A model generated the notes under the pieces. That model was not told the DNA's origin, made no database searches, and saw only the letters and a program-made list of their open reading frames with translations. The translations under genes were made by a program, and so were the position numbers. Of a stretch of 64,000 bases of DNA, positions 59,509 to 64,000 are shown one piece after another; within the stretch, counting starts at the first letter, position 1; the number at the start of each line of letters is the position of its first letter. Location: NCBI RefSeq assembly GCF_964204865.1, contig NC_135257.1:5022001-5086000 (forward strand). The letters are read 5' to 3'. This stretch comes from Styela clava. Taxonomy: Eukaryota.

Positions 59509-62500
59509 ATGTTAGTGTTGCGATCGGCTCTGATCGCTTTACTTGTCATTGGAGTATATTCCCAAGGAGGTAAGAATATTTATAATAATGTTATGAGTTT
59601 ATATATATTTTTGTTCGGCAAACGGATTGTAAAAATAAAAAATATTTTGGGCATATTAATTTAGATTATTAATAATTTTGATACTATTTAATATACATTA
59701 CATAAGTAAGCATACCAGGTGATCTTCCAATTTATGTTTACGTTATTTGGGATGACTATCTTAAGACTGGTTCTGACTACCAATTACCCCATTACTTTGA
59801 TTGTTTATATGCATAGAAATATTGTGATGAATTCTTTGATATTTGTGCCGGACAACAATTCTTTAAACAGATATTTTACCATGTTGATTGGGGTTCAAGA
59901 TTTTATACTAGAATGCTGTCAAATTGCTTGCGGTGAAAAAATCACGAATTAACAGCTTCTAATTTTTAATTAAAACCGTGTCGTGGTTATAATTTTCCGC
60001 CCGAAACTGAGTAATATTTGTTACCGGTTCAGCCAGTCTTACGCGAATCAATTTTACTTTGGCTCTGGAAAGTGTTGTTCAACTTTGAGTAACGTTCTTT
60101 ATTGGAACAGCGCATACCGTGGCCCCAGGCGCTAGACAAACCAGATTTTTGTCAGTTGTGGTTAATACGAAAGTAGTTTAACGCTTGAACATTTAATTTC
60201 AAATATGGATTTACCACGTCTTCATAAAAGCCGCAATAGGTGCCATAACACTGAAATATTAAAACCAACGCAAATTTACATTGTAAATTACTATTTTGCT
60301 ATTTATCGTGTAATATACAATTCATCCGGTAATAACAATAATGGAACAATAATGGATTGACATTTTTACCACTGTCAGTTGATGGCATAACTTTTGAATT
60401 GATAAATTGCAATATAATTTGAACTGGAAATCCATATTTATATTTCAACTGTGAATATAAGATATTCAATTTAGAATATCGAAATGGAAAATTCATCTTT
60501 TTTTAGGAATAAGATGCTCATTTCCAGTGGACCTTGCAATATTAATGGATTCTTCACAATCAGTTGAAGAAGGCAATTTTGAACTTATGCGTCAATTTGT
60601 AGTAAACGTAAGTGATCAGATCAATTTCAGACGATAACTATTTTGCAGATTTAATATTATATTTTTCAATAATTAAGTCAAAGAACGCTAACGGATGTTT
60701 TGTGTCTTTCAAACTGCGGGTATTCAGACTTTCAATCAGTCGATCACATTAATTATTTCATTTTATCCACTCTATTTGTACTGAGTGTGTAGAGTTATAT
60801 TTAAAAATCAGTACGCCAGGTTTCGGCCATTTTATGATTTCTTATGTAATAAGCGATCATATAATATTTTTCGAAGGTTGATGATATGTTTTCATGATTC
60901 AAATTTATTCATTCCGTTTGTTGCAGATTATCCAACAACTTGATATAAGCCCCGATAAAACAAGAGTTTCTCTTGCTCGTTACAATGCTTGGGTCGATTC
61001 TAGGTTCCATTTTGTTACCCATACTACCAAAGCTGACGTACTATCAGCAGTCAGAGAAGTCCCTTACTACGGAAAAAATACCATGACTGCCATGGGTATT
61101 TCAGTGCTCGAAAATCAACATCTTCAGGTGAGTCATTCCACTGCGTAGTTAAAAGTTATGAATAACTTGCACTGCTTTGAAAATAACAAGTGTATCAATA
61201 TTTTGCTGAGATCCTACTTCAAAAGTTTCAGCAATATTTCCTATTTTTGTGTACATCGTACAAGTGTACTGTTGATCAGTGTTGTCTCATTGGTGCTAAT
61301 CAATTACAAACCTTGTAGAAGTAAACATACGATTTTACCAGGCATACAATGGATGGCGGGAAAATGATGTACCGACTGTCGGCATCATCATCACAAATGG
61401 AAATTCCCAAGATGCAGATGGTATTCTTGCCGCTGCAAGAAGACTCAGATCTAAATGCACAAGAGTCATAGCCGTCGGTGTCGGTGATGCCACGATGGAA
61501 GAACTCCAGCAAATTGCTACCCTTCCTTATGAAGATAACGTGATATATGTCGAATCATTTGCTGGTCTTATTGATACCACTCTTCGTATAGTGAACGCGG
61601 TGAGAATATTTTTATTACACCAATATTTTGGGCTATCAATAGGCTTCTACAGTTTGACTATAATGAGAGCTATATTTTAGATCTGCGAAGTTAGAACTGA
61701 CACCAATGAGTGCAAAATTGATAACGGAGGATGTGAAGGTTTCTGCATAAACACATACACTGCGTTCTATTGCGAGTGTGCTACTGGCTATACAGTTGGT
61801 GCTGATGGACTCGCATGCGTCGGTAAGATTTTTCTCGAGTGATACAGTTAATTATAATTTACCTTGATACGAAATTATGAACCCAATGCTGAAATCGGTT
61901 GCATTCATGCTAAATTATAGTTTTTGCGTGAATTTATGAAATGTATTGGTTATTGATAAAAAAAATGACATAAACTAATAATATTTGTTTCAAGATGTTA
62001 ATGAATGTCTTGTTGACAACGGTGGATGCAGCGACCTGTGTGAAAACACTCCAGGATCTTTCAACTGCGCTTGTCCGCCAGGAAAAACCACAACGGATAA
62101 CAACAAAGCTTGCGGTGGGTTGAATAGGTTCAACACAAAATAACACAGACATTTATCTTGAAACGAATAATAGCATTCTTTCCACACATTCTTTAAAAAG
62201 TTACCGTATGTTCATTTTGCTTCCCTATCTCGGAATCAACATTATTTCACAATTTACCTATTACAGTGGACGACAGTTGTTACTTGAACAGCGAGTGTCA
62301 ACAAGAGTGCAATAATATTGTCGGAGGAGATTTTTACTGCTCATGCTTCCCTGGTTACACTTTGGAAGAAGACGGTGAAAGCTGCGTCGGTTAGTTTTTA
62401 CTTAAAATACTCTTGTATATACACCAATCGTATAAATTACACTTTATAGAACATGCTTTATTTGCACCGTTTCGTAACCCTCGTAGTTTTGAGTTTAATT

Positions 62501-63900
62501 GTTTATTTTTCAATATATTTTGCTTATGATATTGAATACCTTTTTGTCATGGAAGGATTGCTTTCTCCTGAACTCACCAAACTACATTTACTGCTGTATA
62601 TCGCACGAAGCTTGTAAATATGTAATATAACTTTGTAATTTGTTTTTCCAAATTCTGACAAACTTTTCTGTTTTATAGACATTGACGAATGCTTAATCGG
62701 AAATGGCGGATGCGAGTTTGCATGCAACAATACTGACGGTGGATACGAGTGTCTGTGTGATGACGGTTTTGGACTCAGAGAAGATGGTAGAACATGTGGC
62801 ATCCAGTGCTATGTTTGCGATCGAGCTCTCTCCAATGAGGAATGCAACCAAGTCCAAGTCTGCCCAGTTAATTCGGTAGGATTTTACATTAGTTATAATG
62901 TTTATTTATTATATATTCACAAATCAAGAATTACTATGCTAAGAAGTACTTGAAGCATGCCATGTTAATAAAAAAGTATAGAAATTTTAATTAGTAAGAA
63001 TAAAGTATATTTTATTTTGCAGAGATCTTGCCAAACCCATGTTCGAATTGAACAAGGACTCCGATACATCAGCAAGATGTGTAAGCAAACAGAAGCTTGC
63101 GTAAATAACTACATTCAAAATCCAAGAACGGCTTGGTCACCAACTCAGGTATTTATTAATATATTAATGCTATTATAGTTTATCTACACATTCTATAATA
63201 TTAGAAAAATTTAGTTATTTGCTATTGTGCTTAAAATATCTCTTAAGAATATTCGAAGTCCAACATTTTCTAATCATATTACAACTGAGATAGATTTATT
63301 TAAAATCATCAAAAATTTATATTAATGGCAAATAATTTGATTATTCAATCAAAACATGCGATTTTCATTTCGATAAAGCAGTGGAAATTAAATGAAAAGT
63401 TAAAGCCAGTTCAAATGGTACGATTTTATGAAAAACAGATTTTGTGGGCTAAATGAGGTAAAACTCTTTACAGTGCTTTTACTATTAGTTTACATCAATC
63501 CAATTTAGGATTTGTTCTTTTAATTATCTGCGCATATTAATTATATTTATTCTATTGTAGTTGTTGATAATATATTTCAAGTAATATTTGTATTTTCAGT
63601 GTAACAGCGATGAGTTTAATACTGTGTCAGTGTGCCGATGTTGCTGCCATCGATCATTCTGTAACTCAGAAGCCGACTGTTCACGAGATGACATCATTGA
63701 CATCATGTGCGAAGATCCAGCGTTGTTCGAAATTCCTGATGGTCTTGCGATTGATTGTGAAGGAAATCGACTTGGACAAAAATGTGCCCTCAACTGCCCC
63801 ATCGGATTTCAGCCATCTACCGGAAGCACTGAACTAGTCTGCACCCACAAGCCGCGTAGCGTCGAGGGATACTGGCTCGGAGAAATCGGACCTTGCGTTG
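59509..63900 (+). CDS. Secreted VWA - 4x EGF (calcium-binding type) - Ly6/three-finger-like - Sushi/CCP protein, 3'-partial
   Basis: Exons 59509-59569 (signal [20 protein letters not shown]); 60507-60607, 60927-61127, 61342-61599 (VWA: [32 protein letters not shown]); 61681-61822, 61995-62114, 62267-62389, 62679-62875 (D.NEC..NGGC EGFs, then IQCYVC); 63023-63148, 63600-63900 ([34 protein letters not shown], then CCP with C..C..C..W..C). All GT-AG and in phase; ends at a donor. Confidence 0.92.
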
Positions 63901-64000
63901 GTAAGAAATTTCCCACATATTTTACTTGCAGCTTTCTCAAAAAACTGTCATTCGCCACCACTCGCGTTTTCAAAGGGACACACAACAAAAAACGAGCTGG

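Noticed and set aside
60111-60150. Extra exon ([13 protein letters not shown]) in intron 1 of the VWA gene
   Set aside because: Its only good donor gives phase 2, incompatible with the next exon, while 59569 to 60507 splices in frame directly.

Overview
AT-rich, intron-containing animal DNA. It is most likely an ascidian (tunicate), inferred from an ascidian-type Ly6/three-finger module and the general repeat landscape; this was not verified by a search. Most ORF-track entries are spurious. Three spliced + strand genes for secreted Cys-rich proteins can be assembled by hand from GT-AG junctions. (1) 11860-29648, ~25 exons, ~1000 aa: signal peptide, DOMON domain retaining Met/His, a Pro/Met-rich tandem repeat, ~15 Met/His-rich EGF-like modules expanding by exon-intron duplication, and a somatomedin-B domain. 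(2) 41378-41918: a 91-aa, 12-Cys secreted mini-protein. (3) 59509 to the window end: a VWA-EGF4-Ly6-like-Sushi protein. An intact, very young 4437-bp Ty1/copia element (44333-48769, identical 201-bp LTRs, AACGG TSD) sits inside a decayed Tx1/L1-type LINE. Its primer-binding site is unusually long: 30 nt matching nt 10-39 of initiator tRNA-Met. The remainder is dense with non-autonomous transposons: hAT MITEs with 8-bp TSDs (one with a 5-bp TSD), a Harbinger-type MITE, a DINE-1/HINE-like Helentron family in about nine copies, Tc1/mariner and gypsy relics, tandem duplications and a long palindrome. A possible decayed gene lies at 1231-4281.
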